Source: Thermoplasmata archaeon
GTDB taxonomy: Archaea; Thermoplasmatota; Thermoplasmata; Thermoplasmatales; Thermoplasmataceae
Direction: 5' to 3'
DNA length: 64,000 nucleotides
NCBI GenBank assembly: GCA_021797355.1
Contig: JAJZZX010000001.1
Coordinates: 262,523-326,522, forward strand
Under the pieces are notes generated by a model. That model was not told where the DNA came from and ran no database searches. It was given only the letters and a program-made list of their open reading frames with translations. Shown here piece by piece: positions 28,522-37,798 of the stretch (positions within the stretch are counted from its first letter, which is position 1; each line of letters opens with the position of its first letter). Made by a program: the position numbers and the translations under genes.

Positions 28522-29682
28522 ATGACAGAGGTAATTGCCCCTTCTGGCATCTCTGTATGCAAGAGGTGCTTTGGGCGATGCTTTGCAAAGATGGGCTACG
28601 GCGTTTCCAATGAAGAGCGTGGTATCAGGTATCTTCCCGTCTATTCCCAGACTCTGGCTGATCACAATATAAGTATAGTGGACGATTCAAAATGTGATAT
28701 ATGCGGTGGCATTTTTCTTCATCTTCAAGAACTGGCTAACCTTGCCCTGGAGGCGTCAAGAGATTTCCAGTATTCTACTTTCCTTGTAGGATCTTCGCCA
28801 CCGGAAGATGCCTTGAAAAAGGAGAAAAATCTTCAGTCAGTGTTCGGGGAAACTGGCGAAAGCCTTCGCAAGGAATTTAACAGGGAGGTCGGAAAGATCA
28901 TATGGGCCATTAGCAAAAAAGAGACAGATTTTACCGACCCGGATATAACATTCCACTATGATCTCCAATATCTCCAGGTAACCATGAAGATTAGGAGCAT
29001 CTTTGTTTATGGCGTCTATAGAAAGTATGTAAGGGGAATCCCCCAAACCAGATGGATACACTCTGATGGCAACGGAACGTCAGTGGAACAGATAATAGGG
29101 GAAATCTTGAAAACAGAAACCTCCTGTGACAATTATTTTCTTCATGGTGCCGGTAGAGAAGATGTTGACGTGAGAATGTTGGGGAATGGAAGGGAATTCA
29201 TAATAGAAGCTTCAAATCCGCGGAAGCGGGAAATATCGCTGCAGTATTTAATGCATAAAGTCAACGAATCGGGATCGGTGGAGATAGCAGATCTAAAGGT
29301 GGCCCAAAAATCAATGGTTTCGGCCTTAAAGGCATCTGAATACGATAAATCTTACAGGGCAGAAATAGCCTCGGAAAATGTTCTTGACGCAGCAAAACTG
29401 GAGACAGCAGTGAATTTTCTCTCTGGAAAAGATATTTATCAAAGGACTCCATTAAGGGTATCCACTAGAAGATCAGATCTGGTCAGGAAGAAACACATCA
29501 GGGAAATTAGGGTGGAAAATGTCTCCGGCAATGTGGCTTTCCTTGTGTTAAGGGCCCAATCAGGAACCTATATCAAGGAGTTCATTCATGGGGACGAGGG
29601 TCGCACAAATCCCAGCTTAGCTGAGGTTTACGGGTCTCCCCTGACGGTCAAATCCCTTGACGTGATCTGGATTCATAGATAG
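28522..29682 (+). CDS. pus10: tRNA pseudouridine(54/55) synthase Pus10
   Basis: N-terminal Zn ribbon (CKRC...CDIC), a THUMP-like middle region and the catalytic motif HGAGREDVDVRMLGNGREF. The ATG at 28522 is right after the rpoP stop; the track start at 28507 is TTG. Confidence 0.75.
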   Translation: MTEVIAPSGISVCKRCFGRCFAKMGYGVSNEERGIRYLPVYSQTLADHNISIVDDSKCDICGGIFLHLQELANLALEASRDFQYSTFLVGSSPPEDALKKEKNLQSVFGETGESLRKEFNREVGKIIWAISKKETDFTDPDITFHYDLQYLQVTMKIRSIFVYGVYRKYVRGIPQTRWIHSDGNGTSVEQIIGEILKTETSCDNYFLHGAGREDVDVRMLGNGREFIIEASNPRKREISLQYLMHKVNESGSVEIADLKVAQKSMVSALKASEYDKSYRAEIASENVLDAAKLETAVNFLSGKDIYQRTPLRVSTRRSDLVRKKHIREIRVENVSGNVAFLVLRAQSGTYIKEFIHGDEGRTNPSLAEVYGSPLTVKSLDVIWIHR

Positions 29683-29690
29683 GTGATCAT

Positions 29691-29990
29691 ATGGTAAAAA
29701 TGTCACACGGTTCAAGGGCGGGTTCCAGAAGCAAGATGACCAAGAGGTTTAAGGACAGGGGTCTGCCTCCTGTAACAAGATTCCTTCAGGAATTCAACGA
29801 TGGCGATCTTGCTGCAATAAATATAGAACCATCAATACATTCAGGCATGCCATATCACGGATTCCAGGGGCTTACTGGCAGAATAACAGGTAAGCAAGGT
29901 GACTGCTACTATGTTACTGTGAAAGTTGGAAGCGTTGAGAAGCGAATCCTGGCTGCGCCTGTCCACCTAAAGAAGATAAGTGGTAATTAG
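29691..29990 (+). CDS. rpl21e: ribosomal protein L21e
   Basis: MVKMSHGSRAGSRSKMTKRFKDRG...MPYHGFQGLTGRI matches L21e. Confidence 0.85.
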   Translation: MVKMSHGSRAGSRSKMTKRFKDRGLPPVTRFLQEFNDGDLAAINIEPSIHSGMPYHGFQGLTGRITGKQGDCYYVTVKVGSVEKRILAAPVHLKKISGN

Positions 29991-30296
29991 ATGAAGAGCC
30001 GCTACATTACAATTGCAGAGGCTTACGATATTCTTTCAAAGTCTACAAACCACACTCCATCTGAGGCCGATAACCTTGCATATTGCGAGGCATTCCTGAA
30101 GGTTAAAGGCAAACAGGCCCAGAAGGACGTCCAGGAATTAATGAAGAATTTCAAGTTTACAGAGAATATTGCTGTGAAGCTTACGGATATCAGACCAAGG
30201 AGCAGGGAGGAGGCTGTGGTCATACTTTCCCCATACGGTGTTATTTTATCTGAGCAAGACTTAAATAACCTCATTAGCTATTTCAGTGAAGATTAA
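29991..30296 (+). CDS. rpoF: RNA polymerase subunit F (Rpb4 homolog), probable
   Basis: Acidic helical protein of about 100 aa in the conserved L21e-RpoF-DUF655-KsgA order. Its stop/start junction with rpl21e is tight. Confidence 0.5.
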   Translation: MKSRYITIAEAYDILSKSTNHTPSEADNLAYCEAFLKVKGKQAQKDVQELMKNFKFTENIAVKLTDIRPRSREEAVVILSPYGVILSEQDLNNLISYFSED

Positions 30297-30313
30297 ACTG
30301 GAGGTTATTATTT

Positions 30314-30862
30314 TTGGAAGAGTACGCCTATGTTATAGATTATCTGCCGCAGGGGAGATCTGACGACAAAAGCTACAGGAAGACCCCGCTTGTGCTTGCC
30401 ATAGGTGAAACCGAATTTAAGCTTCTCGAGATAATACCAAAGGAAAATGCCGTGATCACAATAGGCGATCGGCTTTATATTGGAAAGGATCAGCAGAAGA
30501 GGGACAAAGTACTGTCTGTTAAGCGGAGGATTTCCTATGAGGATCTCACTAGCGCTGCCCAGAATGAGCTCCCCTTCGTACTGGAGAGTATAGTTGCCAA
30601 GAGGGAGAAGGATTTTGTGAAATTCTTCAACGATGCGGAATCAATCAATGCCAGAATGCATTCACTTGAGTTGCTTCCCGGATTGGGCAACAAGACTATG
30701 TGGAACATCATAGACGAGCGGAAGAAGAGGCCGTTCACTGATTTCAATGATCTGACTGAAAGAGTTAAAACTATCCACAACCCTCAGAAGATGATCGCCA
30801 GCAGGATAATACAGGAGCTTCAGGAGAGATACGAAAAACACAAGCTTTTCGTGGCAAGATAA
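30314..30862 (+). CDS. DUF655-family protein (OB fold + helix-hairpin-helix, predicted RNA-binding)
   Basis: N-terminal EEYAYVIDYLPQG and the HhH motif LELLPGLGNKTMWNII. It appears to start with TTG. Confidence 0.7.
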   Translation: MEEYAYVIDYLPQGRSDDKSYRKTPLVLAIGETEFKLLEIIPKENAVITIGDRLYIGKDQQKRDKVLSVKRRISYEDLTSAAQNELPFVLESIVAKREKDFVKFFNDAESINARMHSLELLPGLGNKTMWNIIDERKKRPFTDFNDLTERVKTIHNPQKMIASRIIQELQERYEKHKLFVAR

Positions 30863-30863
30863 A

Positions 30864-31601
30864 TTGGATGCACAGGGCAAATATCCCAGAAAATATGGGC
30901 AGGTATTTCTCAGGGACAAGAATATAGCAAAGCTTGAGGCACGGGCACTTGGTATTGAGCCTGGCGCCAGTGTATTGGAGATAGGTCCCGGAGATGGCAT
31001 TCTCACTGAAGCTTTGCTGGAATCCGGTTTCTTGGTCACGGCCGTTGAGGCTGATCATAGGTTTGCAGAGCTCCTCCCGGAAAAATTTCCACAATATGCT
31101 ATGGAAGGCAGGTTGAATGTCATAAAGGGGGATTTCCTCAAGTACGGTCCAGGAAAATTTGATGGCATTGCTGGAAACATTCCATACCACATCTCTTCTC
31201 AGGTAATCTTCCATCTAGATGATTTCATTTTCAAGTCGGCAGTGATGATGGTGCAGCTGGAATTCGGAAAAAGGCTCATAGCTAGCCCAGGAACACCAGA
31301 ATATTCAAGATTAAGCGTGAACGCACAGATCCGATATGACATACATCTGATGCGAAAGGTTCCCAGGAGGCTATTCTCTCCCCCTCCAGAGGTTGATTCC
31401 CTTCTGGTAGTTTTGAGCCCGAAGCCGAATATTGACCGGAGAAATCTTATTCGCGCAGACGAAATTTTAAAGCTTCTCTTTTCTCAGCGCAGAAAAAAAA
31501 TCGGCAAGCTTCTTCCAGCATCCCCCCAAAAATATCATGATAAAAGATGTGGGGAATTGAGCCCAGCTGAGCTCTATGATTTAGCCATTTCCGCCCTATG
31601 A
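30864..31601 (+). CDS. ksgA: 16S rRNA (adenine1518/1519-N6)-dimethyltransferase KsgA/Dim1
   Basis: YGQVFLRDKNI... and the SAM motif VLEIGPGDGILTEAL. It appears to start with TTG. Confidence 0.85.
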   Translation: MDAQGKYPRKYGQVFLRDKNIAKLEARALGIEPGASVLEIGPGDGILTEALLESGFLVTAVEADHRFAELLPEKFPQYAMEGRLNVIKGDFLKYGPGKFDGIAGNIPYHISSQVIFHLDDFIFKSAVMMVQLEFGKRLIASPGTPEYSRLSVNAQIRYDIHLMRKVPRRLFSPPPEVDSLLVVLSPKPNIDRRNLIRADEILKLLFSQRRKKIGKLLPASPQKYHDKRCGELSPAELYDLAISAL

Positions 31602-32405
31602 TGTATCCTTCCGCTGGTTATTCTTTACAATGTCATTCATTCCCATAATTGATAGGGGATTGGAGACGCCAACAGCAGGAGTATTTGCTGGTATCATCAT
31701 AAGAGTCCCTTTGCCTTCAAGGCCTATTTCGTACAGTATGTTCATCCATCTAAGCTGGAACGCAGTAGGGTTGTTGGTGTACTGGTTTGCGGCCTCCACC
31801 ATTTTCTGGGCAGCCTCCACCTCTGCAAGAGCCAGTGTTACCCTTGACCTCCTCTCCCTTTCCGCCGAAGCCTGCCTAGACATGGCCTCCTGAAGGTTCT
31901 GTGGCACCACAACATCCCTTATTTCGACAGACGAGACCTTAACTCCCCAATTCTCTGTCTTCTCGTCAATTATCTGCCTGGCTGATTCACCTATTTTCTC
32001 CCTTTCTGAGAGGACCTCATCAAACGAACTTTTCCCAAGAACCTCTCTTAGAGTTGTCTGAGCAGAATAATTTGTGGCTGCGGCATAGTTGTCAACATTC
32101 AGGACAGCTTTCTGGGGATCAACTATCTGGAAATACATAACGGCATCCACGTTTATTGGCACATTATCCTTTGTAAACGTGCTTTCAGTCTTGAATGAAG
32201 CAACCTGAATTCTGGTTGAAAGTATTGGGTTTACCTTGCTGATTATGGGCCAGACATAGATTACGCCAGGGCCCTTAAGCATGGAGAACCTGCCCAGGGT
32301 AAATACTGCACCGCGTTCCCATTCCTTCAATATGTGAAGTCCGGATAGCAGAATTATCAGGATTATCAGGACCACTATTATGAGAAAAATATCCAATCCG
32401 CTCAT
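31596..32405 (-). CDS. SPFH/band-7 (stomatin/prohibitin-like) membrane protein
   Basis: N-terminal TM helix followed by an SPFH domain (...VDAVMYFQIVDPQKAVLNVDNY...). The ATG is at 32405; the track start at 32534 would add 43 non-homologous aa. Confidence 0.8.
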   Translation of the reverse strand: MSGLDIFLIIVVLIILIILLSGLHILKEWERGAVFTLGRFSMLKGPGVIYVWPIISKVNPILSTRIQVASFKTESTFTKDNVPINVDAVMYFQIVDPQKAVLNVDNYAAATNYSAQTTLREVLGKSSFDEVLSEREKIGESARQIIDEKTENWGVKVSSVEIRDVVVPQNLQEAMSRQASAERERRSRVTLALAEVEAAQKMVEAANQYTNNPTAFQLRWMNILYEIGLEGKGTLMMIPANTPAVGVSNPLSIMGMNDIVKNNQRKDTS

Positions 32406-32887
32406 AATAACATATAATAAAAAAGCTATTAAATTGTTTTGTGCATAAGAAAAATCAAAAGGGCAAAATGCAACATCCCAAACACATACTTGCATCGCAG
32501 ATAGAACAGACTGACATGAACCATTAGGAGTCATGATCAGACTGGTTCAATGATTCACCGTTCATTGTTCTCATGATAAGAAGAAAGTAGAGTGCCAAAA
32601 TAGAGAGAAGCATCAGTGGGAAGGAAGTGGTGTAAATATGGCCAAATTGTTAGAAAAATTTTCCTACGGCTAAGTCAAATCTTATAAATTTTTGAAAAAT
32701 TGCTGTATAAAAATTCCACAATTTGAGAACGAGAATGAAGTATAAGTATTTAAAATTTTAGTGATAATTTGCCATTTTTTCAAAATTTATGAACAATATA
32801 AAAACCTAGATGCATTATAATAAACATTTTGATCATATACAGTCTGCATCCAGACAAATAGCTTTAAGTATAGCATAATAAGCAGAC

Positions 32888-35593
32888 GTGAACACCGCTA
32901 AAAAATTTGTCTATCTGTTCGAAGAGGGAAGCCGCGAAATGGCAGATTTGCTCGGAGGAAAGGGTGCAGGACTGGCAGAGATGACCAGGCTGGGCCTGAA
33001 CGTGCCTGCTGGGTTCACCATCACCACAGAAGCCTGCAGGGCTTACCTAAAAACGGGCAAATTTCCAGATGGGCTAATGGATCAGGTTTTCCAGGGTATA
33101 AAACGTATTGAGGAAAAGACAGGCAGGAAGCTTGGGGACCCCAGGAATCCTCTGCTCGTGTCAGTGAGGTCCGGCGCCCCAGTAAGCATGCCGGGCATGA
33201 TGGATACAGTTCTAAACGTAGGTTTGAACAGCGCAACCCTGGCTGGGCTGGAAACAAGATCCGGAAACAGGCGGTTCGCACTGGATTCATATCGCAGGTT
33301 ACTCCAGATGTTCGGGTCAATAGTGCTTGGAATCAATGGGGAGAAATTTGTAAGGGAAATGGAAAGATTCAAGGAGTCCAGGGGCAAAAAGCAGGACACA
33401 GAACTTGATGTTAATGACCTGCAGGAGATAATATCTGTCTTTGAGCAAATATACAGGGATGAAGGGAAAGCCTTTCCCGAGGACGTAAGAAGCCAGATCA
33501 GTATGTCAATAGAGGCGGTTTTCAACTCATGGAATTCTCCAAGAGCCAAGGTATATCGGAAGGAGAACAGGATCGCTGAACAGATGGGGACAGCTGTCAG
33601 TATAGTTTCAATGGTTTTTGGCAACACCGGTAACCGCTCGGCAACCGGCGTAGCATTCACTCGAAATCCAAACACAGGGGAGAAGGAGCTGTTCGCAGAG
33701 TATCTTCTAAACGCTCAGGGTGAAGACGTCGTCGCGGGTATCAGAACACCAAGGCACATAACAGACATGCGATTCGATCTTCCCCGGGCCTATGACGAAC
33801 TCCTGGAATCGGCAAGAAAGCTCGAAAGACACTACAGGGATATGCAGGATATAGAATTCACGGTTGAAGACGACGTTTTCTACCTCCTCCAAACAAGATC
33901 GGGAAAGCGCACTGCTAAGGCTGCCCTGAAAATGGCGGTTGACATGGTTTCAGAGGGTCTAATAACAAAGGAGGAGGCACTCTTGCGGATAACTCCATCC
34001 ATGCTGGATACATTAATGCATCCGCAGATCAGGAAAACTGGCGATGAAGTTGTTCTTGGGAAAGGATTAGCGGCTTCCCCCGGTGCTGCTTCCGGAGGTG
34101 TTGTTTTTTCTTCAGAGAGAGCAATAGAGTTATCAAAGAGCAAGACACCATTAATACTAGTCAGGCCGGAAACTACCGCGGACGATGTGAGAGGAATGGT
34201 AGTATCCAGGGGATTTCTGACACAGAAGGGTGGAATGACCTCACACGCAGCTGTCGTTGCAAGGGCCATGGGAAAGCCAGCAGTTGTTGGAGCCGAGAGC
34301 ATTAAAGTTGATCCGGCCGAAGGCATACTGAAGGTTGGTAAACACACTCTTCACGAAGGAGATGTTGTGACAGTTGATGGAACGGCAGGCGAGTTCTTCC
34401 TGGGCAAGGTTGAAACTGCAAAACCTGGGCATAACCAGGATATGGAAACAATTCTTGCCTGGGCGGATGAGTTTCGAGAAATCGGGGTAAGGGCAAATGC
34501 CAACACTCCAGATGAGGCGGAAGAGGCAAGGAAGATGGGCGCAGAGGGAATTGGCCTGGCAAGAACAGAGAGAATGTTCCTAGGGAGTGATAGATTGCCC
34601 ATAATGCGAAGCATGATAATGAGCACGACTGCAGAGGAACGGCGCTATCATCTGGCTAAGTTACTCCCAATGCAGGTAAATGACTTTACGGAGTTCTTCA
34701 GAACTATGGAGGGCTTCCCAGTCATTATAAGGCTGCTGGATCCTCCACTTCATGAATTTCTGCCGGACAAGGAACAAGTTCTGACGGAAATATTTCAGAT
34801 AAGGGAGAAAGCGGCAATTGCAAAGATCAGTGAGGAAGACAATTCTCGGCTCCATGAACTGGAGAAGATTCTCTCAGCCATCAGGAACCTGGAAGAATTC
34901 AATCCCATGCTGGGATTCAGGGGCTGCAGGCTTGGCATCAGCTATCCGGAAATCTATGAAATGCAGGTCAGGGCAATAATACGATCCGCACTGCAGGTGA
35001 AAGGCGAAGGCAGGAATATCTATCCCGAGATAATGATACCCCTGGTTGGGCATTATGCGGAGCTTGCTACCTTGCGGGCAAGGCTTGAAAAAGTGGCTTC
35101 GGAGGAGGATAGGAAAGGAGATATAAAGTATAAATTCGGCACTATGATAGAAATCCCGAGAGCCTGTGTCACAGCTGATGAGATCGCGAGACGTGCAGAT
35201 TTCTTCTCATTTGGAACCAATGATCTAACTCAGATGACCTTCGGATACAGCAGGGATGATGCAGAGGGCAAATTCCTTGCAAAATACCTTGAGGATGGGA
35301 TCCTGGAAAATGATCCATTCAGCACAATAGATAAATCCGGGGTAGGAGAATTGATGAGGATGGCCGTTGAGAAAGGCAGAACATCAAATCCGGAGCTGGA
35401 GATAGGAATATGCGGAGAACATGGCGGAGATCCCGAAACAGTGGAATTCTGCCATACTATTGGCCTGGATTATGTTTCAGCATCACCATACAGGATACCA
35501 ATAGCACGGCTTGCTGCCGCCAGAGCAGCTATCAAAAAACCATCATCCAGGAGGAGAAAGGAAGCATCCGTGGCTTCCTACAGCCACTCCTGA
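32888..35593 (+). CDS. ppdK: pyruvate, phosphate dikinase
   Basis: Full-length PPDK of about 900 aa with the PEP-utilizing His domain and ...GGMTSHAAVVARAMGKP... Start is GTG at 32888, which preserves the conserved N-terminal KKFVYLFEEG. Confidence 0.9.
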   Translation: MNTAKKFVYLFEEGSREMADLLGGKGAGLAEMTRLGLNVPAGFTITTEACRAYLKTGKFPDGLMDQVFQGIKRIEEKTGRKLGDPRNPLLVSVRSGAPVSMPGMMDTVLNVGLNSATLAGLETRSGNRRFALDSYRRLLQMFGSIVLGINGEKFVREMERFKESRGKKQDTELDVNDLQEIISVFEQIYRDEGKAFPEDVRSQISMSIEAVFNSWNSPRAKVYRKENRIAEQMGTAVSIVSMVFGNTGNRSATGVAFTRNPNTGEKELFAEYLLNAQGEDVVAGIRTPRHITDMRFDLPRAYDELLESARKLERHYRDMQDIEFTVEDDVFYLLQTRSGKRTAKAALKMAVDMVSEGLITKEEALLRITPSMLDTLMHPQIRKTGDEVVLGKGLAASPGAASGGVVFSSERAIELSKSKTPLILVRPETTADDVRGMVVSRGFLTQKGGMTSHAAVVARAMGKPAVVGAESIKVDPAEGILKVGKHTLHEGDVVTVDGTAGEFFLGKVETAKPGHNQDMETILAWADEFREIGVRANANTPDEAEEARKMGAEGIGLARTERMFLGSDRLPIMRSMIMSTTAEERRYHLAKLLPMQVNDFTEFFRTMEGFPVIIRLLDPPLHEFLPDKEQVLTEIFQIREKAAIAKISEEDNSRLHELEKILSAIRNLEEFNPMLGFRGCRLGISYPEIYEMQVRAIIRSALQVKGEGRNIYPEIMIPLVGHYAELATLRARLEKVASEEDRKGDIKYKFGTMIEIPRACVTADEIARRADFFSFGTNDLTQMTFGYSRDDAEGKFLAKYLEDGILENDPFSTIDKSGVGELMRMAVEKGRTSNPELEIGICGEHGGDPETVEFCHTIGLDYVSASPYRIPIARLAAARAAIKKPSSRRRKEASVASYSHS

Positions 35594-35656
35594 TCTTTCA
35601 TTTACGGGAACGTGAGGAACTTTTAAGTTAAGCAGCGGATATCAAAGGGGTAAATA

Positions 35657-36319
35657 ATGGAGTTCAGAGCAAGGGCTGTTACCTGGAATGACATAGAAAG
35701 ATGGTGCGGTACTGTAAGGCAAAAGATAATCAAAGACTACAGGCCCGATCTTATCATAGGGCTGTCCCGCGGTGGACTTGTGCCTGCAAGGATTCTTTCC
35801 GATTCCCTCTGGATCAAGGATCTTCTTTCTGTAAAAACTGAGCACTGGGGCATAACTGCCACAAGGAGCGGACAGGCAATACTGAAGGATCCCGGAAGTC
35901 TGAATATTGGGGGCAGAAATGTCCTCATAGTAGATGATATAACAGACACTGGGCAGAGCATGAAACTGGCTCACGATTTTGTGAAGAGGCAGGGCCCAGC
36001 CAGCATAAGGACCGCAACAATGCTTCACATTACCAGATCCGAATTTATCCCTGATTACTATGGTGAGGAGATTACGGAAAAGAATTGGGCCTGGTTCATT
36101 TTTCCATGGAACGTTTACGAGGATCTTGACAATCTTGTATCAAAGATTCTAAAGAGAGAAATGAATACGGCTGAGATCAGAAGGCAACTGCATGAGAGCT
36201 TTGATCTGGACCTGGGTGAAAGCCGGCTCGAATCACTGCTCGGCGAATTCGCCGAGGCAGGCCGAATAAGGCATGTGGCAGATAAGTATTACCCATTGAG
36301 CAATCCTGTTTCTCAGTAA
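35657..36319 (+). CDS. type I phosphoribosyltransferase (purine PRTase-like)
   Basis: PRPP-binding loop VLIVDDITDTGQSM. It has a C-terminal extension of about 60 aa. Confidence 0.65.
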   Translation: MEFRARAVTWNDIERWCGTVRQKIIKDYRPDLIIGLSRGGLVPARILSDSLWIKDLLSVKTEHWGITATRSGQAILKDPGSLNIGGRNVLIVDDITDTGQSMKLAHDFVKRQGPASIRTATMLHITRSEFIPDYYGEEITEKNWAWFIFPWNVYEDLDNLVSKILKREMNTAEIRRQLHESFDLDLGESRLESLLGEFAEAGRIRHVADKYYPLSNPVSQ

Positions 36320-37242
36320 ACAACAGTTCCGGATCTTCCGGCTATTACCTCCATTGCCTGATCCAGTGAGCCTATAACGGCAATGCCATGATTTCTCTGC
36401 ACAAACTGAACTGCTGCAAGCACCTTTGGTCCCATGCTACCATTGGGGAAAGCCCCATCCTGATACATTTTAAGCAGGTCTGAGGACTTAATCCTGTCGA
36501 TTCTTCTCTGTTCGGGTTTTCCATAATTGGAGTAGACAGAATCCACATCTGTCAGTATGATGAACTTTGAAGCTTCAAGTATTGTTGCGAGCAATGAAGA
36601 AGCAAGGTCCTTATCGATGACGGCCTCAGTTCCAGTGATCCCTTCTGCTGTCCTGACTACTGGAGTGCCGCCACCACCAACGCATATGGGAAGGAAACCT
36701 GAATTCAGAATGCTGAATATTGCTGATCTCTCAACTATATCAACAGGTACAGGTGATGGGACAACTCTTCTGAAGCCCTTGCCATTTTCCTCCCTCATAA
36801 ACCAGCCCTTCTCTTTACGAAGCTTTTCAGCCTGATCAGCGTCGTAATATGGCCCTATTGGTTTTGAGGGTTTCATAAATGCAGGATCGTCCCTATTTAC
36901 CAGAGTTCTGGTCATAATTACGGCCGCCTCTCTTGAAATTCCATACTTCAGCCTGATATGGTCATAGGCTGTCAATAGTATTTCTCCTATAAGTCCCTGG
37001 GACATTGAGCCGCATGCATGAAGTGGCATGGGATGTACATACTGGCTTGAATACTCGTTCTGGAGAAGTATATTGCCTACCTGAGGCCCATTGCCATGCG
37101 TGATGATTACCTCATTATCCAAAATTACTTTCCATATCTTTTCCAGGGCATCACGGGCCCGATCCAGTTGCTTACCAAACGAAGCATCATCTCCGTTCCT
37201 TAATAGTGCATTTCCTCCGAAAGCTATGAGAATCCTTTCCAT
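36313..37242 (-). CDS. arcC: carbamate kinase
   Basis: MERILIAFGGNALL...IITHGNGPQVGN is the amino-acid-kinase-family carbamate kinase N-terminus. Length is about 309 aa. Confidence 0.85.
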   Translation of the reverse strand: MERILIAFGGNALLRNGDDASFGKQLDRARDALEKIWKVILDNEVIITHGNGPQVGNILLQNEYSSQYVHPMPLHACGSMSQGLIGEILLTAYDHIRLKYGISREAAVIMTRTLVNRDDPAFMKPSKPIGPYYDADQAEKLRKEKGWFMREENGKGFRRVVPSPVPVDIVERSAIFSILNSGFLPICVGGGGTPVVRTAEGITGTEAVIDKDLASSLLATILEASKFIILTDVDSVYSNYGKPEQRRIDRIKSSDLLKMYQDGAFPNGSMGPKVLAAVQFVQRNHGIAVIGSLDQAMEVIAGRSGTVVY

Positions 37243-37798
37243 TTCAATCCCTGGAAGAGATCAGACATCGCTGCTTACTATTTAATCTGACTGTTCAATC
37301 AATATTATGAACAATTCTAACAGTATATTAAAAAAATGTATAACTCAGATATTAAATGAATATGCCTCTCTTCAGGATTGTGTGGAAATCAGTGTTCAAA
37401 TGTTGGCATTGGAAACAGGATGTTCCATCTAAACTGCATTCTGAAATCTAGTTGAGGACTACTAAGGTGAAGTCCATAATCTATCCATAAATCCGGTATT
37501 TTATGAGTAGTTCCTGGTTGCCATGATGCTCGCTCTATGTTGGGTATCCCTGAATATTTTATAGTCATTAAATTGAGGCCCTAATAATGGGGCTTACAGG
37601 AAATATGGGATGGAAATAAGCAGCGTAGAAAGCATCATCAAAGAGCAAATTTACGTATGGACCCAAACATACAAAGCAGGCTTATGACACATTAATAAAG
37701 CAGCGTCATCGCAGTAAAGCTTGGGTGCATAGAATGGAAATTAATTCAAAATAGTAAGATGTGCGCAAATGATATGACCAATCAGGCAATAATCCCTC

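Noticed and set aside
33082-34347. 197-aa, 155-aa and other minus-strand ORFs inside ppdK
   Set aside because: They are antisense to a 901-aa PPDK with end-to-end homology, and have Ser/Pro/Ala-rich shadow-ORF composition.
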